Positions 44,095 to 53,006 of a stretch of 53,115 bases of DNA are shown here, one piece after another. The translations under genes and the position numbers were made by a program. The notes below the pieces were generated by a model. It did not search any database, had not been told where the DNA came from, and saw nothing but the letters and a program-made list of their open reading frames with translations. Origin of the DNA: Eubacteriales bacterium (lineage in GTDB: Bacteria > Bacillota > Clostridia > Oscillospirales > JAAYXM01); the NCBI GenBank assembly GCA_045614365.1, contig JAZLCV010000050.1, positions 1 to 53,115 on the forward strand, in the 5' to 3' direction. The first letter of the stretch is position 1. Each line of letters begins with the position of its first letter.

Positions 44095-45255
44095 CTAAAG
44101 CGACTGTACAAATTCCTCTATCCTGGACAGCGCTTTGGCAATATTCTTCATCGAAGCCGCATAACAGCATCTTACAAAGCCTTCACCGCTCTCACCAAAT
44201 GCATTACCCGGAATTACCGCAACGTGTTTTTCCTGAAGAAGTCTCATACAGAACTCATCAGAGGTAAGCCCCGTCGATTTTATGCACGGGAACATATAAA
44301 ATGCCCCCTGCGGCATAGCACACGTAAGACCTATCGCATTGAACCGGTCACACATAAAGCGGCGGCGCTGGTTGTATTCTTCACGCATTTCTTCAATATC
44401 ACGATCGCCGTTGTTGAGCGCTTCAACCGCAGCAAACTGAGCCATCGTCGGCGCAGACATAATTCCGTACTGGTGAATGCGCGTCATAACCGCGGCAATC
44501 TCACGCGGACAACAGGCATATCCGAGACGCCACCCTGTCATAGCGTATGACTTTGAAAAACCGTTTACAACAATAGTACGCTCTCGCATACCGTCAATTG
44601 ACGCAACTGAAACGTGCTTTGCGCCGTATGTAAGCTCAGAGTATATTTCATCGGAAATAACCATAAGGTCATGCTTTATAATAATTTTCGCAAGAGCTTC
44701 AAGCTCATTTTTTTCAAGAATTGCACCCGTCGGGTTATTCGGATACGGAAGAACAAGCAGCTTGCTCTTCGGAGTTATCACAGCTTCAAGCTTTTCCGGA
44801 GTGAGCTTGAAATCATCTTCCGCAACCGTTGCAACGTGAACCGGAACACCGCTTGCAAGTGACGCAATAGGCCCGTAGCATACAAACGACGGTTCCGGCA
44901 CAATAACCTCATCGCCCGGATTTATAAGCGCACGCATTGCAAGGTCAATAGCCTCACTTCCTCCGACCGTAACAACAACCTCGTCCTTCGGATCATAAGA
45001 AAGAGAAAACGAACGCTTCATATAATCGGTTACAGCCCGGCGAAGCTCCATTGTTCCTGCATTCGGAGTATAGTATGTATATCCCTTTTCGAGAGATGCG
45101 ATACCCGCATCGCGGATATGCCACGGTGTGACGAAGTCCGGCTCACCTATTCCGAGTGAGATAACATCGCTTCCTGATATAAGATCAAAATATTTTCTTA
45201 TTCCCGATGGCTTTATACTGCTTGCACGGGATGACAGTTTTGAATTGTAGTCCAT
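44095..45255 (-). CDS. Class I/II PLP-dependent aminotransferase (aspartate/alanine type)
   Basis: GIGEPDF and NPNNPTG-like (YPNNPTG) motifs. PLP-lysine motif SKSYAMTGWRLGY. Confidence 0.88.
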   Translation of the reverse strand: MDYNSKLSSRASSIKPSGIRKYFDLISGSDVISLGIGEPDFVTPWHIRDAGIASLEKGYTYYTPNAGTMELRRAVTDYMKRSFSLSYDPKDEVVVTVGGSEAIDLAMRALINPGDEVIVPEPSFVCYGPIASLASGVPVHVATVAEDDFKLTPEKLEAVITPKSKLLVLPYPNNPTGAILEKNELEALAKIIIKHDLMVISDEIYSELTYGAKHVSVASIDGMRERTIVVNGFSKSYAMTGWRLGYACCPREIAAVMTRIHQYGIMSAPTMAQFAAVEALNNGDRDIEEMREEYNQRRRFMCDRFNAIGLTCAMPQGAFYMFPCIKSTGLTSDEFCMRLLQEKHVAVIPGNAFGESGEGFVRCCYAASMKNIAKALSRIEEFVQSL

Positions 45256-45276
45256 AATATATTTCCTCCGGGATGA

Positions 45277-45759
45277 CTAAAACGCATATCCGCGTTCCTG
45301 ATTTTTTTCTGTGTTCGTATACATAACGCCCTTGTCCTTGAACTTTTTCAACACAAAATGCGTTGCTGTGCTTGTAACGTATTCAAGCGGTGCAATCTTG
45401 TCGGAAACAAAGCCTGCAACCTCACGCAAGCTTTTTCCGTGGATCGTAACGGCAATATCATATGCTCCCGACATAAGATACACGCTTTCAACCTCTTCAT
45501 ACTGGCTCATACGCTCTGCTATGCGTTCAAAACCCTGTCCGCGCTGAGGAACAACCTTTATCTCGATAAGTGCCGTAACGCCCTCATCACCAACCTTATC
45601 CCAGTCGATAAGAGTCTTGTATCCTGCGATAATGTCCTTTTCCTCATATTCTTCTATGGCGGCGGCAACGTCCTCTACCTTCATTTCAAGCGATGACGCA
45701 ATCTGCTCTGCAGACATTTTCGCATCTTTTTCAAGCAATTCCAAAATAGCGTTTTTCAA
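45277..45759 (-). CDS. Lrp/AsnC-family transcriptional regulator
   Basis: 160 aa with an N-terminal wHTH (ILELLEKDAKMSAEQIASSL) and a C-terminal RAM/AsnC_trans_reg-like domain. TTG start, 8 nt after AGGAGA. Only 21 nt separate it from the aminotransferase. Confidence 0.88.
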   Translation of the reverse strand: MKNAILELLEKDAKMSAEQIASSLEMKVEDVAAAIEEYEEKDIIAGYKTLIDWDKVGDEGVTALIEIKVVPQRGQGFERIAERMSQYEEVESVYLMSGAYDIAVTIHGKSLREVAGFVSDKIAPLEYVTSTATHFVLKKFKDKGVMYTNTEKNQERGYAF

Positions 45760-45792
45760 AGCACTTTCTCTCCTTTTTACTATAATATGTCT

Positions 45793-45821
45793 ATTATACT
45801 AAATTTAACTTTTCGATGCAA
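45793..45821 (-). promoter_or_regulatory. Sigma-A-type promoter of the lrp-aminotransferase-ispE unit
   Basis: On the minus strand: TTGCAT (45816-21), 17 nt, TATAAT (45793-98). Confidence 0.55.
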
Positions 45822-45845
45822 TAGATTTTTTATTTTTTCCAAGCC

Positions 45846-45874
45846 TTGCAAAATATACAATTTTGGTATACAAT
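45846..45874 (+). promoter_or_regulatory. Possible wecB promoter
   Basis: TTGCAA (45846-51), 17 nt, TACAAT (45869-74). TATACAA occurs twice as a direct repeat in and around the spacer. Confidence 0.45.
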
Positions 45875-45907
45875 AAAGATACAACTTTTTCGGAGGTTTT
45901 ATGACAA

Positions 45908-47053
45908 ATGAAAAAATTAACCGTTATGTCCGTTTTCGGCACTCGTCCCGAGGCTGTTAAAATGGCTCCGCTCGTTATCGAGCTCTCAAAAAGACCTGAA
46001 ATAAATTCCATCTGCTGTGTCACTGCACAGCACCGCGAAATGCTCGACTCTGTTCTTGATATATTCAAAGTCAAGCCGGACTATGATCTCAACATTATGA
46101 CACCTAACCAGACACTTGCCACGATAACCACCAAGGCGCTTAGCGGTCTTGACGGTGTTCTGTCGGAAGCAAAGCCTGATATCGTTCTTGTTCACGGCGA
46201 TACGTCAACGGCGTTTGTTTCCGCACTGGCGGCATTTTACCACAGAATTCCCGTCGGCCACGTAGAGGCAGGACTTCGCTCATTTGATAAGTATTCTCCG
46301 TTCCCCGAGGAGATGAACAGAAAGCTTATCGGAAGCATTGCTGAGCTCAACTTCTGCCCCACCGACAACAACGCAGAAAATCTCCGCCGCGAAAACTTGA
46401 ACAACGGAATTTTCATCACAGGCAACACTGTTATTGATGCACTTAAGTACACTGTTTCCGACAACTACAAATTCCACAATGAGGATATAACAAAGATTGA
46501 TTTTGATTCTTACCGCACAATTCTTATGACGGCTCACCGCCGCGAGAATTACGGTGAACCGATGCGCAACATTATGCACGCTGTGCGCGATATTGTCGAG
46601 TCCCACCCGGATGTACAGATAATCTATCCCGTTCACATGAGTCCTATCGTCCGCGAGACCGTATACGAAATTTTAGGTGATGCTCCGCGCGTGCATCTTC
46701 TCGACCCGATTGACGTTGACGATATGCACAACCTTATGGCACGCGCCCACTTTATCCTCACGGATTCCGGCGGACTTCAGGAGGAGGCTCCGTCTCTTGG
46801 AAAGCCGGTTCTCGTTATGCGCTGTGAAACCGAGCGTCCGGAGGCTGTTGCAGCCGGAACGGTAAAAATCGCAGGTGTCGAGCGCGAGGTCATCCGTGAT
46901 ATGGCTTATGAGCTTCTTGACAATGAAGAGGCATACAAAAAAATGGCGCATGCCGTCAACCCCTACGGAGACGGAAATGCTTCAAAGAGAATCGCAGATG
47001 CAATTCTCTGGAAGCTCGCCGGAATCGGTGATAAACCGGAAGATTTCCGATGA
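45908..47053 (+). CDS. wecB: UDP-N-acetylglucosamine 2-epimerase (non-hydrolysing)
   Basis: Motifs: MKKLTVMSVFGTRPEAVKMAPLV, VHGDTSTAF, HVEAGLRS, TDSGGLQEEAPSLGKPVLVMR. Confidence 0.93.
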   Translation: MKKLTVMSVFGTRPEAVKMAPLVIELSKRPEINSICCVTAQHREMLDSVLDIFKVKPDYDLNIMTPNQTLATITTKALSGLDGVLSEAKPDIVLVHGDTSTAFVSALAAFYHRIPVGHVEAGLRSFDKYSPFPEEMNRKLIGSIAELNFCPTDNNAENLRRENLNNGIFITGNTVIDALKYTVSDNYKFHNEDITKIDFDSYRTILMTAHRRENYGEPMRNIMHAVRDIVESHPDVQIIYPVHMSPIVRETVYEILGDAPRVHLLDPIDVDDMHNLMARAHFILTDSGGLQEEAPSLGKPVLVMRCETERPEAVAAGTVKIAGVEREVIRDMAYELLDNEEAYKKMAHAVNPYGDGNASKRIADAILWKLAGIGDKPEDFR

Positions 47054-47820
47054 GAAAAAAGGAGCGTTCCGGCATGAAGCACCGCACAATGTTCTTCGTT
47101 TTCATCGCGCTCTTCATCCTTCTCGTTTCCGTTGTTGCTATTCTTTTTCTCCCGAATATGTCAGCAACGCTTATAAACACCGTTCCCGAATATCCGCCCG
47201 AGTTTCATTCCTTCGATCCCGTGCAAACCGTCGGAGCAGAAGCCGTTACAGTTAACAAAACAAATGTAAAAGCAATTGTTGCCGCGATAAAACGTCCGGA
47301 GGAATACTTTTCAAAAACTCAAAGCACCATCTCCCACGATTCGGGAAGCGCTTCCTTTGCACGGCAAAAATGGGTTAAAGGAGAGCTCTCCCGCGTTGAT
47401 GTTTTTCCTTCCCTTTCAGCACAAACTCCGTCAGCACACTATGTATACACGGCTGACTCGGTTTTCGTATGGCGGTCAGGAGAGCGCACAGCTCATAAGG
47501 CCTCACGCGGAAGCTTCCAGCCTGAAGACGAGCAGATGATGATGACATATGAAGATATAACTTCCGCAAAGGATGAAGATATCATCACTGCACAGCTTAC
47601 CGTATATGACGGCACATCCTGTGTTTATGCTGAGGTCAGAAATCCGTCAAGCAACTATACGAACCGATATTGGGTTTCATACTCAACAGGGCTTCTTGTT
47701 TTCGGACAAAGCTTAAACCGCGACGGGAAGGTTGTTTATTCCGTAACCTCAACGCAAACGGATATATCTCCGCAGGATATAGAAACCTTCCGTTTGCCGG
47801 ATGGGAAATTACCTTCGTAA
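47050..47820 (+). CDS. Membrane-anchored protein of unknown function
   Basis: The start is ATG 47050 (ATGA overlap with the wecB stop) or ATG 47074 (GGAG, 9 nt). There is a single N-terminal TM (MFFVFIALFILLVSVVAILF) and a beta-rich soluble domain of about 220 aa. I recognise no motif. Confidence 0.5.
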   Translation: MRKKERSGMKHRTMFFVFIALFILLVSVVAILFLPNMSATLINTVPEYPPEFHSFDPVQTVGAEAVTVNKTNVKAIVAAIKRPEEYFSKTQSTISHDSGSASFARQKWVKGELSRVDVFPSLSAQTPSAHYVYTADSVFVWRSGERTAHKASRGSFQPEDEQMMMTYEDITSAKDEDIITAQLTVYDGTSCVYAEVRNPSSNYTNRYWVSYSTGLLVFGQSLNRDGKVVYSVTSTQTDISPQDIETFRLPDGKLPS

Positions 47821-47860
47821 CGAATAAGGCAGATTGTACAGTATCAAAAACTAATACACA

Positions 47861-47886
47861 ACACCGCCGGAAAATACCGGCGGTGT
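47861..47886. terminator. Bidirectional intrinsic terminator (unknown gene / obg convergent pair)
   Basis: ACACCGCCGG-aaaata-CCGGCGGTGT followed by TTTCA. Confidence 0.8.
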
Positions 47887-47891
47887 TTCAC

Positions 47892-49163
47892 TTACTTTAC
47901 ATATTCAAATTCCATGGAGTAAATTATTATAGTGTCTCCTTCTTGTGCGCCGCGCTCTTCAAGCGCATCGTATACACCGTATTTACGGAGCAGGCGTTCA
48001 AAATAGATGCGGGATTCATAATCCTCAAAGTTCACAGAACCCATAGCTCGCTTTATCCAGTTTGCCTCAACCGAATAAACATCGCCGTCGAGACGGAAAA
48101 TCTCAAAATCGTGGCTTGTGGTATCTTCTTCTACACGAACGAAGTTCGGTGTGTATGTCTCTATCGGCGGGAGCTTTGAAAGCACTTCTGCAACCTTTTT
48201 CATAAGCTCTGAAACACCTACATTCGTTGCAGCCGAAATTTCAAAATAATCAAGACCGAGATTTTTGATATATGCACGGAACTTATCTGCCGCTTCACGG
48301 TCATAAATCAAATCGCTTTTGTTTGCCGCAACGATTTGCGGACGCTTGGCAAGCTCCGGATTATATCTTGAAAGCTCATCGTTTATCGCTTCAAAATCCG
48401 CAATAGGGTCTCTCCCCTCGCTGCCGGAAACGTCCACCATATGAACAATCAGACGACAACGGTCAATATGCCTCAGGAAACGGTGACCGAGCCCCGCTCC
48501 CTCGCTTGCACCTTCGATAATACCGGGGATATCCGCCATAACGTAAGAAAAGCTTTCGTCCACGCGTACAACACCGAGATTCGGCGTTATGGTTGTAAAA
48601 TGATAATTTGCAATTTTCGGACGCGCCGCACTCACAACAGACAAAAGCGTGGATTTTCCGACATTCGGAAATCCCGCAAGTCCGACATCCGCAAGAAGCT
48701 TAAGCTCAAGCCGTACTTCAAGCTCCTCACCATCAAGGCCGGGACGCGCAAAACGCGGAGCCTGGCGCGTTGGTGTCGCAAAATGCTGATTCCCCCAGCC
48801 ACCGCGACCGCCTTTGCATATGATAAACGGCTCATCATCCGACATATCCTTCACGAGCGCACCGCTTGCAACATCATAGACAAGAGTCCCGCGCGGAACC
48901 TTTACCACAATATCTTTACCACGCTTACCGGAGCAACGCTTGCCACTTCCGTTTGCGCCGTTTTCTGCCTTGTATTTCGTTTTATAGCGGAACTCAACGA
49001 GCGTGGACATATTATCGTCGACTTTGAGAACGACATTGCCGCCGTCTCCGCCGTCTCCGCCATCCGGTCCGCCGGATGCTATATATTTTTCACGGTGGAA
49101 TGCAACGGCACCGTCACCGCCGCGACCTGCAATAAATCTCGCGCTTGCAACATCAACAAACAT
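47892..49163 (-). CDS. obg: GTPase Obg/CgtA
   Basis: N-terminus MFVDVASARFIAGRGGDGAVAFHREKY, with a glycine-rich Obg fold. GTPase motifs: GFPNVGKST, DIPG, NKSD. An OCT-type C-terminal domain is present. ATG 49163 follows GGAGGTG by 6 nt. Confidence 0.95.
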   Translation of the reverse strand: MFVDVASARFIAGRGGDGAVAFHREKYIASGGPDGGDGGDGGNVVLKVDDNMSTLVEFRYKTKYKAENGANGSGKRCSGKRGKDIVVKVPRGTLVYDVASGALVKDMSDDEPFIICKGGRGGWGNQHFATPTRQAPRFARPGLDGEELEVRLELKLLADVGLAGFPNVGKSTLLSVVSAARPKIANYHFTTITPNLGVVRVDESFSYVMADIPGIIEGASEGAGLGHRFLRHIDRCRLIVHMVDVSGSEGRDPIADFEAINDELSRYNPELAKRPQIVAANKSDLIYDREAADKFRAYIKNLGLDYFEISAATNVGVSELMKKVAEVLSKLPPIETYTPNFVRVEEDTTSHDFEIFRLDGDVYSVEANWIKRAMGSVNFEDYESRIYFERLLRKYGVYDALEERGAQEGDTIIIYSMEFEYVK

Positions 49164-49322
49164 TTTGTGCACCTCCAGATTCAAGGTAATAAGTAATACA
49201 GAAGAGTTAATAACAGGTAATGTGAAATTGCTACGCAATTTCAATTTAAATATGATTTTCGCAATGTGAAAATCACTTCACTTATTCACTCTTCACTATT
49301 ACCTATTTCTTAATTAAAAATA

Positions 49323-49348
49323 CGGGCAGGTCAGATAAGACCTGCCCG
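49323..49348 (-). terminator. Intrinsic terminator after rpmA
   Basis: On the minus strand: CGGGCAGGTC-ttatct-GACCTGCCCG followed by TATTTTT. Confidence 0.8.
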
Positions 49349-49360
49349 AACATTTGTTTT

Positions 49361-49645
49361 TTACTGAGCAACCGGGTAGATGGAAACCTTCTTGCGGTCC
49401 TTACCGAAACGCTCGAAGCGTACTACGCCGTCCATAGTTGCAAACAAGGTATCATCAGAGCCCTTGCTTACGTTTGTGCCCGGGTGGATCTTTGTGCCGC
49501 GCTGACGAACGAGAATGTTTCCGGAGAGAACAAACTGACCGTCTGCACGCTTTACACCGAGGCGCTTGGACTCGGAGTCACGGCCGTTCTTTGTGGAACC
49601 AACACCCTTTTTATGTGCAAAAAACTGAATTCCGATTTTAAGCAT
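49361..49645 (-). CDS. rpmA: 50S ribosomal protein L27, with the Firmicute N-terminal propeptide
   Basis: [32 protein letters not shown]... ATG 49645 follows GGAGGTG by 7 nt. The track start at 49750 is an artefactual extension. Confidence 0.95.
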   Translation of the reverse strand: MLKIGIQFFAHKKGVGSTKNGRDSESKRLGVKRADGQFVLSGNILVRQRGTKIHPGTNVSKGSDDTLFATMDGVVRFERFGKDRKKVSIYPVAQ

Positions 49646-49964
49646 TAGACTGCACCTCCATAATTTCAATATACTCTGGATACTCAAAAGCAACCGCGCG
49701 CATATGGCGCTCAAATGCTTCAAGTACCTTTTGGCAAGCCTTGTCCTCATTTGAAAGAATGAGCCTTATTCTTGCCGTTTCGGGTTCAACCAGAACATCT
49801 GCATCCGCGTGAAAAGAATCATTTATGATTGTTTCCGAAAGTCCGACTGCACTTGAGATGGCAGCGCATATAATGTCGCTTCCACTCTCTGCATAGCCGG
49901 AATGGCCGGATACGTCAAACCCGATGGCGTTATCGCCTTTTTTAATCAATCTGACAGTAGTCAT
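49638..49964 (-). CDS. prp: Ribosomal-processing cysteine protease Prp (YsxB/DUF464)
   Basis: 108 aa lying between rplU and rpmA. Motif: [21 protein letters not shown] (His/Cys dyad). Confidence 0.85.
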   Translation of the reverse strand: MTTVRLIKKGDNAIGFDVSGHSGYAESGSDIICAAISSAVGLSETIINDSFHADADVLVEPETARIRLILSNEDKACQKVLEAFERHMRAVAFEYPEYIEIMEVQSNA

Positions 49965-49967
49965 AAC

Positions 49968-50273
49968 TTAGCCGATCTTCTCGATCTGAAGCTTTGTGTA
50001 CGGCTGTCTGTGACCCTGACGGCGGCGGTAGTTCTTCTTTGCCTTGAACTTGAAGACCATGATCTTCTTGCCCTTGCCGTTCTTCAGGACCTTAGCGGTA
50101 ACCTTAGCGCCCTCAACATTCGGAGCTCCGACAGTTACGTTATCGCCGTCGATTGTCATAAGTACGTTGTCAAACTCTACTGTTTCGCTCTCAGTGTTGA
50201 GAAGCTCAACATAGATAACATCGCCCTCAGAAACCTTGTACTGCTTTCCGCCTGTAACGAAAATTGCCTGCAT
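49968..50273 (-). CDS. rplU: 50S ribosomal protein L21
   Basis: [23 protein letters not shown]...[28 protein letters not shown]. The start is set at ATG 50273. Confidence 0.95.
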   Translation of the reverse strand: MQAIFVTGGKQYKVSEGDVIYVELLNTESETVEFDNVLMTIDGDNVTVGAPNVEGAKVTAKVLKNGKGKKIMVFKFKAKKNYRRRQGHRQPYTKLQIEKIG

Positions 50274-50355
50274 TCTTCTTGCACCTCTCTTCAAATTTAG
50301 AGTCTCGCTCTTGTAGGCACTGCCGAAACAGTTTAACAAACCCACTCAATGCGGC
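50274..50355 (-). promoter_or_regulatory. 5' leader of rplU-prp-rpmA (possible L21-type ribosomal leader)
   Basis: An untranslated leader of about 80 nt between a consensus promoter and the rplU ATG. Firmicutes are known to carry a structured L21 leader here. I can see only weak pairings (GCCG...CGGC, GAGT...ACTC) by eye. Confidence 0.3.
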
Positions 50356-50361
50356 TTAGAT

Positions 50362-50390
50362 ATTATATCATCATAAAATGCAAATGTCAA
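50362..50390 (-). promoter_or_regulatory. Consensus sigma-A promoter of rplU-prp-rpmA
   Basis: On the minus strand: TTGACA (50385-90), exactly 17 nt, TATAAT (50362-67). It starts 7 nt after the stop of the upstream gene. Confidence 0.75.
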
Positions 50391-50396
50391 GCTTTT

Positions 50397-51056
50397 TTAA
50401 CGGAATTCGTGCATTTTTTCGTCATAAACATTTATCCTTGTAAATTCCGCGAAATCCGGAGCACACTCCGGAAGATATTTCACTATCGCTTTTATGATAT
50501 ATTCGGGGTTAAGCGATGTATTTCCGGCAGCGAGCGTAGCTTTTATCCGCACATTGCCTCCCTCTGCACTCACGGATACGGATTTTATAAGCGGAGCAAT
50601 GTTTGTTTCCGTTTCTCCACGCTTACTTTTCTTCATAAGTACAATTTCTTCGCGTCCGAAAAGCTCTGTAAGCTTTTTCACTACGCTGAGAGGAACGCCG
50701 TTGTCATATTCAAGCGAGATATCAAATTCCGAATAGGAAATCTCACGCACGGGACGGTAGTTCTCGTAAACGCGAGAAACCTCTATTCCTTCCGGCATAG
50801 TCGCATTCATTCTTGATACTAGCTCTTCGTTTTTCATATCATCGAGGATTACCATATCAAGGAATTCGCATTCGCCTGTATAACCAAGTGACAGCGGAAG
50901 CGCAATAGATATATACGGATGCGGATTAAATCCCTCGGTATGCTTTACCGCGATACCCGCACGTGTCAGCACACGCTGGAACGTTCTCATAATATCAAGG
51001 TGGGAAATGTAAATTGCCCTGCCCTTCTTCTCATACATAACTCTTACTTTACGCAT
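50397..51056 (-). CDS. Radical-SAM-associated protein, DUF2344 / TIGR03936 type
   Basis: MRKVRVMYEKKGRAIYISHLDIMRTFQRVLTRAGIAVKHTEGFNPHPYISIALPLSLG. ATG 51056 overlaps the upstream stop by 8 nt. Confidence 0.8.
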   Translation of the reverse strand: MRKVRVMYEKKGRAIYISHLDIMRTFQRVLTRAGIAVKHTEGFNPHPYISIALPLSLGYTGECEFLDMVILDDMKNEELVSRMNATMPEGIEVSRVYENYRPVREISYSEFDISLEYDNGVPLSVVKKLTELFGREEIVLMKKSKRGETETNIAPLIKSVSVSAEGGNVRIKATLAAGNTSLNPEYIIKAIVKYLPECAPDFAEFTRINVYDEKMHEFR

Positions 51057-52884
51057 CACACTTACCTCCGCAAAGAAGATTTGACGCACCGCAACCGAGA
51101 CACTTTTCGCGGCAATTCGGTGATGCCTCCGAGCGATATGCTTTTTCACACTCACATCGGAGGAAACGCTTTGTCACACCGGTTGAAATATGATCCCACG
51201 GGAGAATTTCATCTGCACCCCTCTCTCGGTTTGCATAAAACTCAGGATCTATGCCGCATTCTTCAAATGCCGAAAGCCACGTATCTAAGCTAAAATGCTC
51301 TTCCCAACCGTCAAGCTTCATTCCCTTTTTCCACGCCGCTTCAATAACGCGCCCGACCTTGCGGTCGCCTCGTGCAAACACGGCTTCAAGGAAGCTTACA
51401 TCCGGCTCGTGCCAGTTGTATGTTATTGCCTTTGCGGTTATTGCCTCACGCAGAAGAAGTGCTTTTCGCTTGAATTCCTCGCGCGTGTTCTGTGCTTCCC
51501 ACTGGAACGGAGTCTGCGGCTTCGGAACAAAGCACGCCGCGCTGACCGTTATCTTAACACCGCGTTTTTTATTCGTTGCGTACGTTTTCCAGAGATAAAG
51601 TATCTTCTGCGAAAGCTCTGCAATTCCTTTTATATCCTCATCCGTTTCCGTCGGAAGACCTATCATAAAATAAAGCTTAACAGAGCTTCTGCCGTTTTCA
51701 AAAGCGATGCGGCAGGCGTTCATTATTTCTTCTTCAGTAAGATTTTTATTTATCGCATCACGAAGCCTTGCACTTCCCGCCTCAGGCGCAAATGTGAGTC
51801 CGCCACTGCGAACCTTCTGTATTCTCTGCATAAGCTCAACGGAGAAATTGTCCGCACGGAGCGACGGGAGCTGAAGGCTTATGTTTCGCGGCTCGCACCA
51901 GTCAAGAAGTCCGTCAGCAAGCTCGGGAAGCTCTTTATAGTCGCTTGTCGAGAGTGATGCAAGAGAAATTTCCTCGTATCCCGTAACCTCACACATCTCC
52001 TTGCCGTGCTCAATAAGCGTTTTTGCTTTCTTTGCACGCACGGGGCGATATGCGTATCCCGCCTGACAGAAACGGCACCCGCGGATGCATCCACGGAAAA
52101 CCTCGAGCGATACACGGTCGTGAACTATTTCCGTTGACGGAACGATAACCTTCTTCGGAACGTAAACCGAATCAAAATCTTCGATAATGCGTTTTACCAC
52201 AACCTCAGGCGCACCGTCACGCGGAGTTATCGCCGAGATTGTCCCGTCATCATTATAGCTTATATCATAAAGTGACGGAACATATGTTCCCTTTATCTCT
52301 GCGGCAAGGCGCAGAAATTCCTTTTTACTCTTTCCCTCCGCCTTGCATTTTTTATAAAGGTCGCAAAGCTCAATCATCTGCTCTTCGCCCTCACCGATGT
52401 TGAATATATCGACAAAGTCGCACAGCGGTTCGGGGTTGTATGCACACGGCCCTCCCGCAACGACAATAGGCTCATCCTCTCCACGCTCGTCTGCGCGGAT
52501 GGTTATTCCGCCGAGGTCGAGCATATTAAGCACCGCAGTATAGCACATTTCATACTGAAGTGTAAATCCCACTATGTCAAAATCGCAGAGCGCATCACGG
52601 CTTTCTAATGCATAAAGCTTCATATCGTTTTTGCGAAGCGCCTCTTCCATATCCGGCCACGGCGCAAAGCATCGCTCACACCAGACATCCGGCTGTTCGT
52701 TCATCACACCGTAAAGGATGCGAAGCCCCATATGCGACATTCCTATCTCATATATATCGGGAAAGCAGAATGCAAAGCGAAGCGCAACATCCTTTTTATC
52801 CTTTATTACAGCGTTGTACTCTCCACCCGTATATCTTGCCGGTTTCTGCACAGACGCAAGTATTCTTTTTAATTTACTGTCCAT
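51049..52884 (-). CDS. B12-binding-domain radical SAM protein, TIGR03960 type
   Basis: 611 aa. Cluster motif FRGCIRGCRFCQAGY (Cx3Cx2C). There is an N-terminal B12-like region and a Cys-rich C-terminus (CREKCLGCGASNLLCGGKC). Confidence 0.85.
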   Translation of the reverse strand: MDSKLKRILASVQKPARYTGGEYNAVIKDKKDVALRFAFCFPDIYEIGMSHMGLRILYGVMNEQPDVWCERCFAPWPDMEEALRKNDMKLYALESRDALCDFDIVGFTLQYEMCYTAVLNMLDLGGITIRADERGEDEPIVVAGGPCAYNPEPLCDFVDIFNIGEGEEQMIELCDLYKKCKAEGKSKKEFLRLAAEIKGTYVPSLYDISYNDDGTISAITPRDGAPEVVVKRIIEDFDSVYVPKKVIVPSTEIVHDRVSLEVFRGCIRGCRFCQAGYAYRPVRAKKAKTLIEHGKEMCEVTGYEEISLASLSTSDYKELPELADGLLDWCEPRNISLQLPSLRADNFSVELMQRIQKVRSGGLTFAPEAGSARLRDAINKNLTEEEIMNACRIAFENGRSSVKLYFMIGLPTETDEDIKGIAELSQKILYLWKTYATNKKRGVKITVSAACFVPKPQTPFQWEAQNTREEFKRKALLLREAITAKAITYNWHEPDVSFLEAVFARGDRKVGRVIEAAWKKGMKLDGWEEHFSLDTWLSAFEECGIDPEFYANRERGADEILPWDHISTGVTKRFLRCECEKAYRSEASPNCREKCLGCGASNLLCGGKCDA

Positions 52885-52910
52885 ACTCTCGTTCCTTTCA
52901 GGAATTACTT

Positions 52911-52939
52911 ATTATAAGTATAACACAGATAAAACACAA
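52911..52939 (-). promoter_or_regulatory. Possible promoter of the radical SAM pair
   Basis: On the minus strand: TTGTGT (52934-39), 17 nt, TATAAT (52911-16). Confidence 0.45.
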
Positions 52940-52961
52940 AAAGCAACAAATCTGAGCAAAA

Positions 52962-52992
52962 AAAGACCTTCACGAAAAACGTGAAGGTCTTT
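52962..52992 (-). terminator. Intrinsic terminator after the right-edge gene
   Basis: AAAGACCTTCACG-aaaaa-CGTGAAGGTCTTT, flanked by an A-run and a T-run, so it could act in both directions. Confidence 0.8.
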
Positions 52993-53006
52993 TTTTAAGA
53001 CGTTAA

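Noticed and set aside
45901-45960. A 19-codon ORF (MTNEKINRYVRFRHSSRGC) starting at the ATG 4 nt after the GGAGG upstream of wecB, considered as a possible uORF.
   Set aside because: The SD spacing of 4 nt is too short. The peptide has no features. The wecB ATG at 45908 gives the canonical MKKLxVMxVFGTRPE N-terminus.
48441-49196. A 251-aa plus-strand ORF. Similar long antisense ORFs occur at 24126-24734 and 26180-26836.
   Set aside because: All are antisense to strongly supported genes (obg, AGCS symporter, tex), and none shows recognisable motifs or ribosome-binding sites.
49164-49244. N-terminal extensions in the ORF track: obg to 49244, rpmA to 49750, rplU to 50345, ftsZ to 28503, tex to 27247, ftsL to 39970, DUF2344 to 51155, and wzx to 18413.
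   Set aside because: In each case a downstream start has a proper SD and matches the conserved N-terminus of the family. The extensions run through leaders, terminators or upstream genes.
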